Under the pieces are notes generated by a model. It searched no databases, was not told the origin of the DNA, and saw only the letters and a program-made list of their open reading frames with translations. The translations under genes were made by a program, and so were the position numbers. Below, one piece after another: positions 27,101 through 39,100 of a stretch of DNA of 64,000 nt (position 1 is its first letter; each line of letters starts with the position of its first letter). Source of the stretch: Mobula hypostoma (lineage: Eukaryota); the NCBI RefSeq assembly GCF_963921235.1, contig NC_086097.1, positions 222,024,001 through 222,088,000 on the forward strand. The letters run 5' to 3'.

Positions 27101-30100
27101 TATGAGACGTGAATTAGCTAAGATAGACTGGCAAATGACACTTAAAGGATTGACGGTGGATATGCAATGGCAAGCATTTAAAGGTTGCATGGATGAACTA
27201 CAACAATTGTTCATCCCAGTTTGGCAAAAGAATAAATCAAGCAAGGTAGTGCACCCGTGGCTGACAAGAGAAATTAGGGATAGTATCAATTCCAAAGAAG
27301 CATACAAATTAGCCAGAGAAAGTGGCTCACCTGAGGACTGGGAGAAATTCAGAGTTCAGCAGAGGAGGACAAAGGGCTTAATTAGGAAGGGGAAAAAGGA
27401 TTATGAGAGAAAACTGGCAGGGAACTTAAAAACGGACTGTACAAGCTTTTATAGATATGTAAAAAGGAAAAGACTGGTAAAGACAAATGTAGGTCCCCTG
27501 CAGACAGAAACAGGTGAATTGATTATGGGGAGCAAGGACATGGCAGACCAATTGAATAATTACTTTGGTTCTGTCTTCACTAAGGAGGACATAAATAATC
27601 TTCCAGAAATAGTAGGGGACAGAGGGTCCAGTGGGATGGAGGAACTGAGCGAAATACATGTTAGTAGGGAAGTGGTGTTAGGTAAATTGAAGGGATTGAA
27701 GGCAGATAAATCCCCAGGGCCAGATGGTCTGCATTCTAGAGTGCTTAAAGAAGTAGCCCAAGAAATAGTGGATGCATTAGTGATAATTTTTCAAAACTCG
27801 TTAGATTCTGGACTAGTTCCTGAGGATTGGAGGGTGGCTAATGTAACTCCACTTTTTAAAAAAGGAGGGAGAGAGAAACCGGGGAATTATAGACCGGTTA
27901 GCCTAACGTCGGTGGTGGGGAAACTGCTGGAGTCAGTTATCAAGGATGTGATAACAGCACATTTGGAAAGCGGTGAAATGATTGGACAAAGTCAGCATGG
28001 ATTTGTGAAAGGAAAATCATGTCTGACGAATCTCGTAGAATTTTTTGAGGATGTAACTAGTAGAGTGGATAGCGGAGAACCAGTGGATGTGGTATATTTG
28101 GATTTTCAAAAGGCTTTTGACAAGGTTCCACACAGGAGATTAGTGTGCAAACTTAAAGCACATGGTATTGGGGGTAAGGTATTGATGTGCGTGGAGAATT
28201 GGTTGGCAGACAGGAAGCAAAGAGTGGGAATAAACGGGACCTTTTCAGAATGGCAGGCGGTGACTAGTGGGGTACCGCAAGGCTCAGTGCTGGGACCCCA
28301 GTTGTTTACAATATATATTAATGACTTGGATGAGGGAATTAAATGCAGCATCTCCAAGTTTGCGGATGACACGAAGCTGGATGGCAGTGTTAGCTGTGAG
28401 GAGGATGCAAAGAGGATGCAGGGTGACTTGGATAGGTTAGGTGAGTGGGCAAATTCATGGCAGATGCAATTTAATGTGGATAAATGTGAAGTTATCCACT
28501 TTGGTGGCAAAAGCAGGAAAACAGATTATTATCTGAATGGTGGCCGATTAGGAAAAGGGGAGGTGCAACGAGACCTGGGTGTCATTATACACCAGTCATT
28601 GAAAGTGGGCATGCAGGTACAGCAGGCGATGAAAAAGGCGAATGGTATGCTGGCATTTATAGCGAGAGGATTCGAGTTCAGGAGCAGGGAGGTACTACTG
28701 CAGTTGTACAAGGCCTTGGTGAGACCACACCTGGAGTATTGTGTGCAGTTTTGGTCCCCTAATCTGAGGAAAGACATCCTTGCCATAGAGGGAGTACAAA
28801 GAAGGTTCACCAGATTGATTCCTGGGATGGCAGGACTTTCATATGAAGAAAGACTGGATGAACTGGGCTTGTACTCGTTGGAATTTAGAAGATTGAGGGG
28901 GGATCTGATTGAAACGTATAAGATCCTAAAGGGGTTGGACAGGCTAGATGCAGGAAGATTGTTCCCGATGTTGGGGAAGTCCAGAACGAGGGGCCACAGT
29001 TTGAGGATAGAGGGGAAGCCTTTTAGGACCGAGATGAGGAAAAACTTCTTCACACAGAGAGTGGTGAATCTGTGGAATTCTCTGCCACAGGAAACAGTTG
29101 AGGCCAGTTCATTGGCTATATTTAAGAGGGAGTTAGATATGGCCCTTGTGGCTACGGGGGTCGGGGGTATGGAGGGAAGGCTGGGGCGGGGTTCTGAGTT
29201 GGAGGATCAGCCATGATCATAATAAATGGCGGTGCAGGCTCGAAGGGCCGAATGGCCTACTCCTGCACCTATTTTCTATGTTTCTATAACGGTGCTGACG
29301 CTTTGTAATTGTACAGCTAAGCTAAATATGTTTTTCATTTGTGCTCAGAACCTGAGACTTCTCGCTTAAGTGTCCAACAATAATCAGCCAGCACTGATGG
29401 ATTCCAGTTGCCCTGATACCATTTCTCCATGACCACAATCTTCTGGTGAAACCTTACACTATTCTCATCACTGATAGTGCGGCGACTTGCAGGGAAGAAG
29501 TCCAAATGGGAATGCAGAAAATGAATCGATGGCCACATCTGCACCAGGTGCATCGAGCTGCAGCTCCTTAGAGATGTGTTAAGGAACTGGAGCTGCAGCT
29601 CGATGACCTTCGGCTTGTTAGGGAAAGTGAAGAGATAGTAGACGGGAGATACAGGGAGGTGATCACTCAAGACTACAGGAGACAGATAAATGGGCGATTG
29701 TCAGGGGAGAGAGGGGAGGAAGTCAGATAGTGAAGAGCACCCCTTTGGCTGCCCCCCTCAACATTGAGCACTTCATTTTGAGTACTGTTGGGGGAGATGA
29801 CCTAGCTGGATGAAGCAACTGCAGCTGTGCCTCTGACATTGAGTCTGGCCCCATGGCTCGGCAGTGTAGGGAACTAAAGAGGATGGAGGCAGTAACAGAG
29901 GACTCTATAGTTAAGGAGATAGATAGACGATTAAGTGGATGCGAAAAAGAAACGTGGATGGTAGTTTGCTTCCCAGCTGCCAGTGTCTACAATGTTTCTG
30001 AACGTATCCACAATATCCTGAAGAGGGAGAATGAGCAGCAATAAGTTGTGGTACATATTCGTACCAGCAACATGGGTAGAAAAGGGAAGGAGGTCCTGAA

Positions 30101-33100
30101 AACAGAATACAGGGAGCTAGGAAGGAAGCTGAGAAGCAGGACGTCAAGAGTAGTGATCTCGGGATTTCTGCCTGTGCCACGCGACAGTGAGGATAGGAGT
30201 AGAATGAGGTGGCAAAATTCAAAAGGGCAAAGAAGACAGGACTGAAGGTGTTGTATTCAAATGCGCATAGCACTGGGAATAAGGTGGACGAACTTGCGGC
30301 GCAATTTGAGATTGGTCGGTATGATGTTGTGGACATCACTCAGTCATGGCTGAAAGAAGGCTATAGTTGAGAGCTCAACATCAAAGGATATACTTTGTAT
30401 CGAAAGGACAGGCAGGAAGGCATAGGGGGTGCTGTGGCTCTGTTGGTAGAAGGAGGTGACATAGGGTCAAAGAATATTGAATCTTTGTGGGTGGAATTAA
30501 GAAACTGCAAGGGTTAAAAAACATTATAGGAATCATATATACACTCCAAATAATGGCCAAGATGTGGGGTTGAAGTTGCAAAGGGAGCTGGAAAGGATGT
30601 GTCACAGTTGTAACAGGGGAGTTCAATATGCAAAGGGATTGGGAAAATCAGGTTGGTGTCGGATCACAAGAGAAGGAATTTGCTGAATACCTATGAGATG
30701 GCTTTTTAGAGCAGCTTGTGCTTGAGCCTATTCACGGAAAAGTTATCTTAAGATTGGATGCTGTGTAATGACCCAGATCTTATTAGGGAGCATGATATAA
30801 AGGAACTCTTATGAGGCAGTGATCATAATTGATACTGCAAGTTGAGAGGAAGGAGCACAAGTCACATGTATCAGTATCGCAATGGAATGAATGGAATTGG
30901 AGAGGCATGAGAGAGCAGCTTGCCCAGCTGGATTGGAGGAGGATACTGGCAAGGATGACGACAGAGCAGAGGTGGTTGAAGTTTGTGGGAGTAGGTCACA
31001 AGCCACAGGATAGATCTGTCCCACAGAGGAAGTTGTTCACAAATGGCAGGGGTAGGTAACCGTGGCTGACAATGGAAGTTAAGGAATGCATAAATGCCAA
31101 GGAAAGGGAATATAAGGTAGCAAAAGCAAGTGGGAAATTGGATGATTGGGAAGCTTTTAAAATCCAACAAAAGGCAACTAAAAAAGCTATAAGAAGGGAA
31201 AATATGAAATATGAGGGCAAAGTAGCGGATATTATAAAGCAGGATGTTAAAAGTTTTTCAGTTATAAAGAATAAACGGGAGGTGAGAATTGATATTAGAC
31301 CACTGGAAAGTGATGTTGGTGAGGTAGTAATAGTGGACAAAGAAATGGCAGATGAATTAATGGGTACTTTGCATCTGTCTTCACTGTGGAAGGCACTAGC
31401 TGAGTTTCAGAGGTCTGTGAGTGTCAGGGAGTGGAAGTGAATGTCATTGCTATTACAAAGGAAAAAGTGCTGGGCCACTTAAGGTCTTAAGGTGGATAAG
31501 TCACCTGGACCAGATGGACTATATCCCAGAGTCCTGAAAGTGGTCGCTGAAGAGATAACGGATGCATTGGTGGTGATCTTTCAAGAATCTCTTGATTCTC
31601 ATATGGTCCCAGAGGCCTGGAAGATTGCAAATGACACTACACTCTTTAGGAAGGGAGTAAGGCAAAAGAAAGGAAATTATAGGCCAGTTAACTTGGGAAA
31701 GTCTATTATTAAGGATGAGGTTTGGGTGTACTTGGAGACTAATGATAAAATAAGTCAAAGTCAACATGGTTTCTGCCTAGGGAAATCTTGCCTGACAAAT
31801 CTGTTTGAGTTCTTCGAGGAAGTTACAAGCAGGGTGGCCAAAGGAGAGGCAGTGGATATCATTTACTTGATTTTCAGGAGGCATTTGATAAGGTGCCACA
31901 CATGAGGCTGCTTAACAAGGAAAACTCCTGTGGTGTGACAGGAAAGATAATAGAATGGCTAGAAGAATGACTGACAGACAAGAGGCAGTGAGTGGGAATA
32001 AAGTGGGCCTTTTCTGGTTGGCTGTCGTGACTAGTGGTGTTCCTCAGGGATCTGTGTTAGGACCGTTGCATTTCACATTATTTGTCAATGATTTAGATAA
32101 TGGAATTGATAGCTTTGTGGCAACACAACAGGACTTAGACAAATTGGAAGAATAGGCAAATAAGTGGCAGATGGAAATCAGTGTTGGGAAGTGTATGATA
32201 ATGCATTTTGGTAAAAGGAACAATAGTACAGACTATTATCTAAAAGGGGAGAAGATTCAAACATCAGAGGTGCAGAGGACCTTAGGAGTCCTCATGCAAG
32301 ACTCTCAGAAGGTTAATTTGCAGGTTGAGTCTGTGGTAAAGAAGGCAAATGCAATGTTGGCATTTATTTCAAGGGGAATAGAAGATAAAAGCAAGGAAAA
32401 ACTGCTGAGGCCTTATAAGACACTAGTCAGGCCGTACTTGGAGTATTGTCAGCAATTTTGGGCCCCATATCTCAGAAAGGAGGTGTTGTCTTTGGAGAGC
32501 ATCCACAGGAGGTTCACAGGGATGATTGTGGGAAAGAAGGAGTTAACATATGAGGAGCATTTGGCAGTTTTGGGCCTGTAGTTACAGAAATTTAGAAGAA
32601 TGGATGGGGCGGGGGGGGGGTATCTCTTGAATCCTACCGAATGTTGAAAGGACCACTTAGGGTGCATGTGGAGAGGATGTTTCCTATGGTGGGGGTATCC
32701 AGAACTAGAGGGCTCAGCCTCAAAATTGCTGGGCAACCTTTTAGAACTGAGGTAAGGAGGAATTTTTTTAGCCAGGGAGTGGTGAATCTGTGGAATGCTC
32801 TGCCACAGACTGCACTGGAGACCAAGTCCGTGGGTATACTTAAGGTGGAAATTGATAGCTTCCTGATTGGTCAGGCATAAAAGGATCTGGCAAGAAGGCA
32901 GGTGTGTGGGGTTGAATGGGTTCCAGGATCAGCCATGATGGAATGGCAGAGAGGACTTGAAGGGCTGAATGGCTTAATTCTGCTGCTATATCTTAAGGAC
33001 TTAATCTTTACTGACATGTTGCACTTCATGGTTTTGTATGCTTGAAGCATGTTGTCAACCAGCTGCATGTAGTTTGGTGCTCTCTAGTTGCCAAGAGCAT

Positions 33101-36100
33101 TTTCATCAACATCCTTGAATGCCTTAAATGTGATTTTCTCCAGCCTCACTAGATGTTCTTTGAACTGCCTGTCATTGATGACCTGTTTGATTTGTGGACC
33201 AACAAAAATGTTTTCCTTAATTTTGGCATCAGTTATTTTGACTTGAATTATGAACTGAAATAATAATTATAGGTGATTTTTAAAAAAGGATGCATGATAG
33301 GGAAATTTCCTGGTGATTTTCATAACTAGCAACCCAAAATCCATAAGACCATAAGATCATAAGACAGAAGAGCAGAATTAGGCCATCTGGCCCATCAAGT
33401 CTGCTCCACCATTCAATCATGGCCGATCCTTTTTTTCTATCTCCTCCTTAACCCTAGTTCCTGGCCTTCTCCCCGTGACCTTTGATGCCATGTCCAATCA
33501 AGAATTTATCCACCTTTGCCTTAAATACACCCAATGACCTGGCCTCCACAGCTGCATGTGGCAACAAATTCCACAAATTCACCACCCCTTGGCTGAAGAA
33601 ATTTCTCTGCATCTTTGTTTTGAAAGGGCGTCCCTCTATTCTGCGGCTGTGCCCTCTTGTCCTAGACTCACCCACTATGGGGAACATCCTTTCCACATCT
33701 ACTCTGTCTAGGCTTTCAACATTCGAAAGGTTTCAATGAGATAAATCCAAAAAAAGCACCCAAAAGTATTCAGGAAGCAAATTGAGGACTGTTGTCCAAT
33801 GTTATTTATCTCCATTTGTCTTATTTCCTGCAGCTGTCAATTAAATTTATTGTTTTTGCTGGATTAACTTCTAATCCTTAATGCTTCCTCTTGTTCTTCC
33901 AAACATTGATTCTTTATATCTGATTCTTAATATTCAGAAAAAAAATCAGCAAGAGCAATACAAATCATAAAAGATGAGTTTCAGCTTGTGCAATACGTAT
34001 TGTCGAGCGTCCTGGTTCTAATGAAGAGTTATCCTTCAAACATTGCATGCTAGTTCAAATATTGACGGTTCATCTGCTCAATTAGGATTTCTTTTTCCTA
34101 CTCATAACATACATTTATTTTTAGATTTTGTTCACGTTAGTCCTCATTTGGTTCACACATACCTCTTGTAAATCAATTTTTGCTCCATTTTCAATGCAGG
34201 TTTTAATTGTCTCAATTTTTCCACCAAGTAAAGCCAAATGAAGAGGAGTATGCAGTCCTTTATCAAGACAATTAGTATGTTTTTCACGAGAGTAACCATG
34301 TTCCTCACCTTGAAAAACAAATAGCATGTGAGTCGCTGCTTACATTCAGTAGCTAAAGCAGTAAAGGCAAATGCTTCTATAATAACATTTTTACCAACCT
34401 TTCTGAATTATTATTTCCAATGTCTTGGTTGCTCCTGAAAATGCAGCTTCATGAATAGGTAAACGACCCAGTCTATTCTCTTTGCATAACAATGCTCCGT
34501 GCTTAAGCTTGTAAGAGGTAATCAAGCGGTTAATTTACTATGGTTCCAGAAAACATGATTTAGATACATAAATCTGAGCACTGCTCCTAACAACCAGTTT
34601 CATAGCAATAAGAATTGAGTTAAACATCACATAGAGTTTTGTGGCACTGATTTAGAACATTAGTCTTAAATACAGGTTAGTCCAAATTAGTTGCTAATAA
34701 TATTTCTTCTGATATGAATGCTAGATTTTATAGGACACAGATCAGCAAGATCAGCTTTAGTATATTTTGGCTATATTTTGCAAGTCCAGTTTCTCTAACT
34801 TTTAGCAAGCTTTGCAAAAAATAAGAAAACTGTTTACACTAAGGTTCTGAAAAAAAGCCTCTGACATGAAATGTTAACTCTTTCCACAGATGATGCCAGA
34901 CTTGCTGCGTATTTCCAGCGTTTTCTGGTTTTATTTCACATTTGAAGTTCCACTACCTTTCAGTTATATCATGGCCAGCCTGCAATTAACCTCCAATTAC
35001 CATGTTGGCTCCAGCAACCTTGGTGAACATACCTAACAAAACATGTTAATCCTAGACTGGAAGCTAAAATCTAAAGGTGGGCAGAGAGTTCCAAATTACC
35101 AGACCTTCCTTTCAAGTTGGACTCAATTTAAATATGAAATATTTATCTAAGAAATTTGTGTTGTAGCTAGAGGGTGTAAGTCTGCTGGCCTTTTCAATGT
35201 GTACATTCATTGTTTTAACAGTTGCATTCATTTATTCACTTTTATTAACCTAAAAGTCCTTTTTCACATGAAGGAAGTCAGTATGGTGAACTTGTCATTT
35301 GGATTATGTGCACCTTTAAAACAATATTATTCCTTCCTTGTCAATCATTCAGATAAACCATGATGTAAAAAGAGAATTAAATGAAGTATAGCAGCAAAAC
35401 CAAAACAAAACAGTTGTCATTAGCCTACAACTGCTACAAAGTTGTTATACTCGCATGACGCACCGCTAGCTCCAGTGAAATGATTGGTCCAAAGAGTTGA
35501 ATCCTTTATTCGATCCTTTATTAGTAACTAGCAAACATACAATCTTGAAGCGATGAACTTAATCATAGCCATGTAAGCTAAGCATTACTCAGCAATGTTA
35601 AGGGGTCAGCAAAAAATACGACCTCTGCCAGTCCCAAACCACAAACCGCTTTGAAATAAGCAAGGATACGTAACTTCCTCCCTTTGCCTTTACCACGCCC
35701 CACTCATGTGGCCAGTTACCATAATAAACATGTGAAACCCACAACACAGAATACAAAGCAGATAGAGAACAGGTACATGGCTCCCACATAAAGTGCGAAT
35801 GAGATCAGAGAATTGACCTTTCAAATCTCTCAGCAATAATGTGATCTTCTTAAAAAATAAGTATTTCCCTTAAACCTTGTCCAAAGAACAAATCAGCAGG
35901 GTGTAAGATAATTCCAGTTTTGGTAACTGCTAGGTCGGATCCAGAGGCAAAACTCGCTGTTGATGATTTCCCTGATTATTAATCTGATTAATGATGTGAC
36001 AGAAGGTAATTTTCAGGAACTCATCTGGATTTTATAACACCTATCAGGACCACAGGATTTAGCATGGCACCTTAAACCTAATGAATCATTGTTGCAATGT

Positions 36101-39100
36101 AAGAGACACCAGAGTCAATTTCACATAACAAAGCTCCACACACAATAACAAAAAAAATATTGAAACATACACAGCAGATCAGGCAGCATCTGTGAATAGT
36201 GAAAATTCAGATTTCAGATTTCAGCATTTCAGATTGAAGCTCCCAACAATTGACAATCACCTTCATATAATTACATTAGTGATGTCAATTTAGAGGCTAA
36301 TTTTGGCTAGTGTGCCAAGTTTAACACTGAGCTCCTCTCCAAAATTTCCACATGGGAGAGTACATTGGGACACAGTTAGTCACCTCATCTGCATACTTAA
36401 AAACAACACACAAAATGCTGGAGGAAGTCTGCAGGTCAGGCATCTATGGAAATGAATAAACAGTCAATATTTCCAGCATCTACAGAACCCCTTGTGTTTA
36501 TCATCTGCACATCTGTTAAAGCAGTTCTTCATCAGTAATGAATCATGTTGTACTTCAGTCTCAAGAGCAGAACTGGAACATGCCATAGAGTTTCTGCCTC
36601 AGTGATCAGAGTGCTACCAAATCAGCTGGGGTCTGTAAGTGCCTGCAACTTGTTAATTCAGTATAGAGTGCTCACAAACATAGGAAACAGATTTTTTTAT
36701 GGCTTGATGAAAATAAGACCTGCTGTATATGCATTCATATCACAAGTTATATCTGTCATGTGGGTATTAAACTGAAGCAAATGGTTCTTGGAAGCAACTA
36801 TTTGTAATACAGTTCTTGCCACCAAAGTATATGCTACATAGGTGACAAACTTTCTCTATGATGTTACAGCAGGAAATGTCAGGAAGATATATATTAAGAA
36901 CATAACATAAGAAATAGCTGGAATAGGTCATCTGGCCCATTGAGCCTGCTCCGCCATTCAATAAGATCATGGCTGATCTGACCATGGCTCATCTCCACCT
37001 ACTTACCTTTACCCTAGAACCCTTAATTCCCTTAAGACTAACTAACAGAAATATAGAAAACATAGAAAACCTACAGCACAATACAGGCCCTTCAGCCCAC
37101 AAAGTTGTGCCGAACATGTCCCTACCTTAGAAATTACTAGGGTTACCCATAGCCCTCTATTTTTCTAAGCTCCATGTACCTATCCAAAAGTCTCTTAAAA
37201 GACCCTATCGTATCCGCCTCCACCACTGTTGCCGGCAGCCCATTCCACACACTCACCACTCTCTGCATAAAAAACTTACCCCTAACATCTCCTCTGTACC
37301 TACTCCCCAGCACCTTAAACCTGTGTCCTCTTGTGGCAGCCATTTCATCCCTGGGAAAAAGTCTCTGACTATCCACACAATCAATGCTTCTCATCATCTT
37401 ATACACCTCTATCAGGTCACCTCTCATCCTCCGTTGCTCCAAGGAGAAAAGGCCGAGTTCATTCAACCTGTTTTCATAAGGCATGCTCCCCAATCCAGGT
37501 AACATCCTTGTAAATCTCCTCTGCACCCTTTCTATGGTTTCCACATCCTTCCTGTAGTGAGGTGACCAGAACTGAGCACAGTACTCCAAGTGGGGTCTGA
37601 CCAGGGTCCTATATAGCTGCAACATTACCTCTCGGCTCCTAAACTCAATTCCACGATTGATGAAGGCCAATACGCTGTATGCCTTCTTAACCACAGAGTC
37701 AACCTGCGCAGCTGCTTTGAGCGTCCTGTGGACTCGGACCCCAGGATCCCTCTGATCCTCCACACTGCCAAGAGTCTTACCATTAATACTATATTCTGCC
37801 ATCATATTTGACCTACCAAAATGAACCACCTCACACTTATCTGGGTTGAACTCCATCTGCCACTTCTCAGCCCAGTTTTGCACCCTATCGATGTCCCGCT
37901 GCAACCTCTGACAGCCCTCCACACTATCCACAACACCTCCAACCTTTGTGTCATCTGCAGACTTACTAACCCATCCCTCCACTTCCTCATCCAGGTCATT
38001 TATAAATATCACGAAGAGTAAGGGTCCCAGAACAGATCCCTGAGGCACACCTCTGGTCACTGACCTCCATGCAAAATATGACCCTTCTACAACCATGTAA
38101 TGAAAATAAGGCAAATAATAGACTTATTTAATGGATTTAGTGGATAGTAGGGATATGGAGGGCTATGGTCCCGGTGTAGGTCGATTGGAGTTTGTAGTTT
38201 AAATGCATTCAACGTGGACTGGATGAGCTGAAGGACCTGTTTCTGTGCTGTACTTCTCTGTGACTCTATTTGAACATTAAATGAGAAAAGACCTATAGGG
38301 GACAGGAAAGAGTGGACAAATAGAAGGAAGCAGTTTCAAGAAAAGAAGCCCAAGTCTATCTTGGATGTGTCAGCATGTAGAACATTAGAAAGTTTTTGAC
38401 AAGAACTGACCATTCGGCCCAACAGAACTTGCCAAATTCCTATTCACCTAGTCTGTTGAAATAACTATCAAATTTAGATTTAAAAATCTCTATGGTACTA
38501 CTCTCAACTACACAACTAGATAGTTTGTTCCATGTGTCCACAACTCACTGTGTAAAGAAATGCATCCTGATGTTAGTCTGAAATCTCCACTGAGCCAGTT
38601 TCCACCTATGGCTGCGTGTCTTTGGTGAAGGGTTAATTTTGAAGTAGCAGCTAGCAGCCACCTTAATTTTACCCTTAATGATTTTGAACACTTCTATTCT
38701 GTCTCCTCTCATTCTACATCTACTTAGGCTAAAAAGATTTAATTCTTTCAATCTTTCTTCAGAGCTCATACCCTGCAGACCTGGAATGAGTCTCGTCACC
38801 CTTCTCTGAACTCTTTCCAGTGCCTTCACATCCTCACAAAATACGTACACTGCTGTACACAGTACTCAAAGTGTGGCCTCACGAGTGCATTATACAGCTT
38901 AATGAGAACATCTCTAGACTTGAACTCCACTGAGCCCAACACTGATGATAGCTCTCAGATTTTCATATGCCCTACAGTTAACATGATTACTCTTTTTTGC
39001 ATGCTTTATATAGCTGATATTTCTTCAATAATGTTTATGTATATCTTTATTCATCTATGTAGTTGACCTATTGTTTTTCTTGCTTCTGCCAGCCTTGGGT

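Larger units (their letters stand above)
26378..33801 (-). mobile_element. Chapaev3 (CMC) DNA transposon derivative split by three CR1 insertions
   Basis: TIRs CACTGGACAAC / GTTGTCCAATG, TTA on both flanks; transposase remnant [14 protein letters not shown]...CNMSVKI (about 33003-33235) continues as [11 protein letters not shown]...[24 protein letters not shown] (about 29335-29523). Confidence 0.85.

Noticed and set aside
26534..29053. Long minus-strand ORFs of 257, 134 and 174 aa
   Set aside because: Antisense shadows of CR1 ORF2 with no independent coding features.
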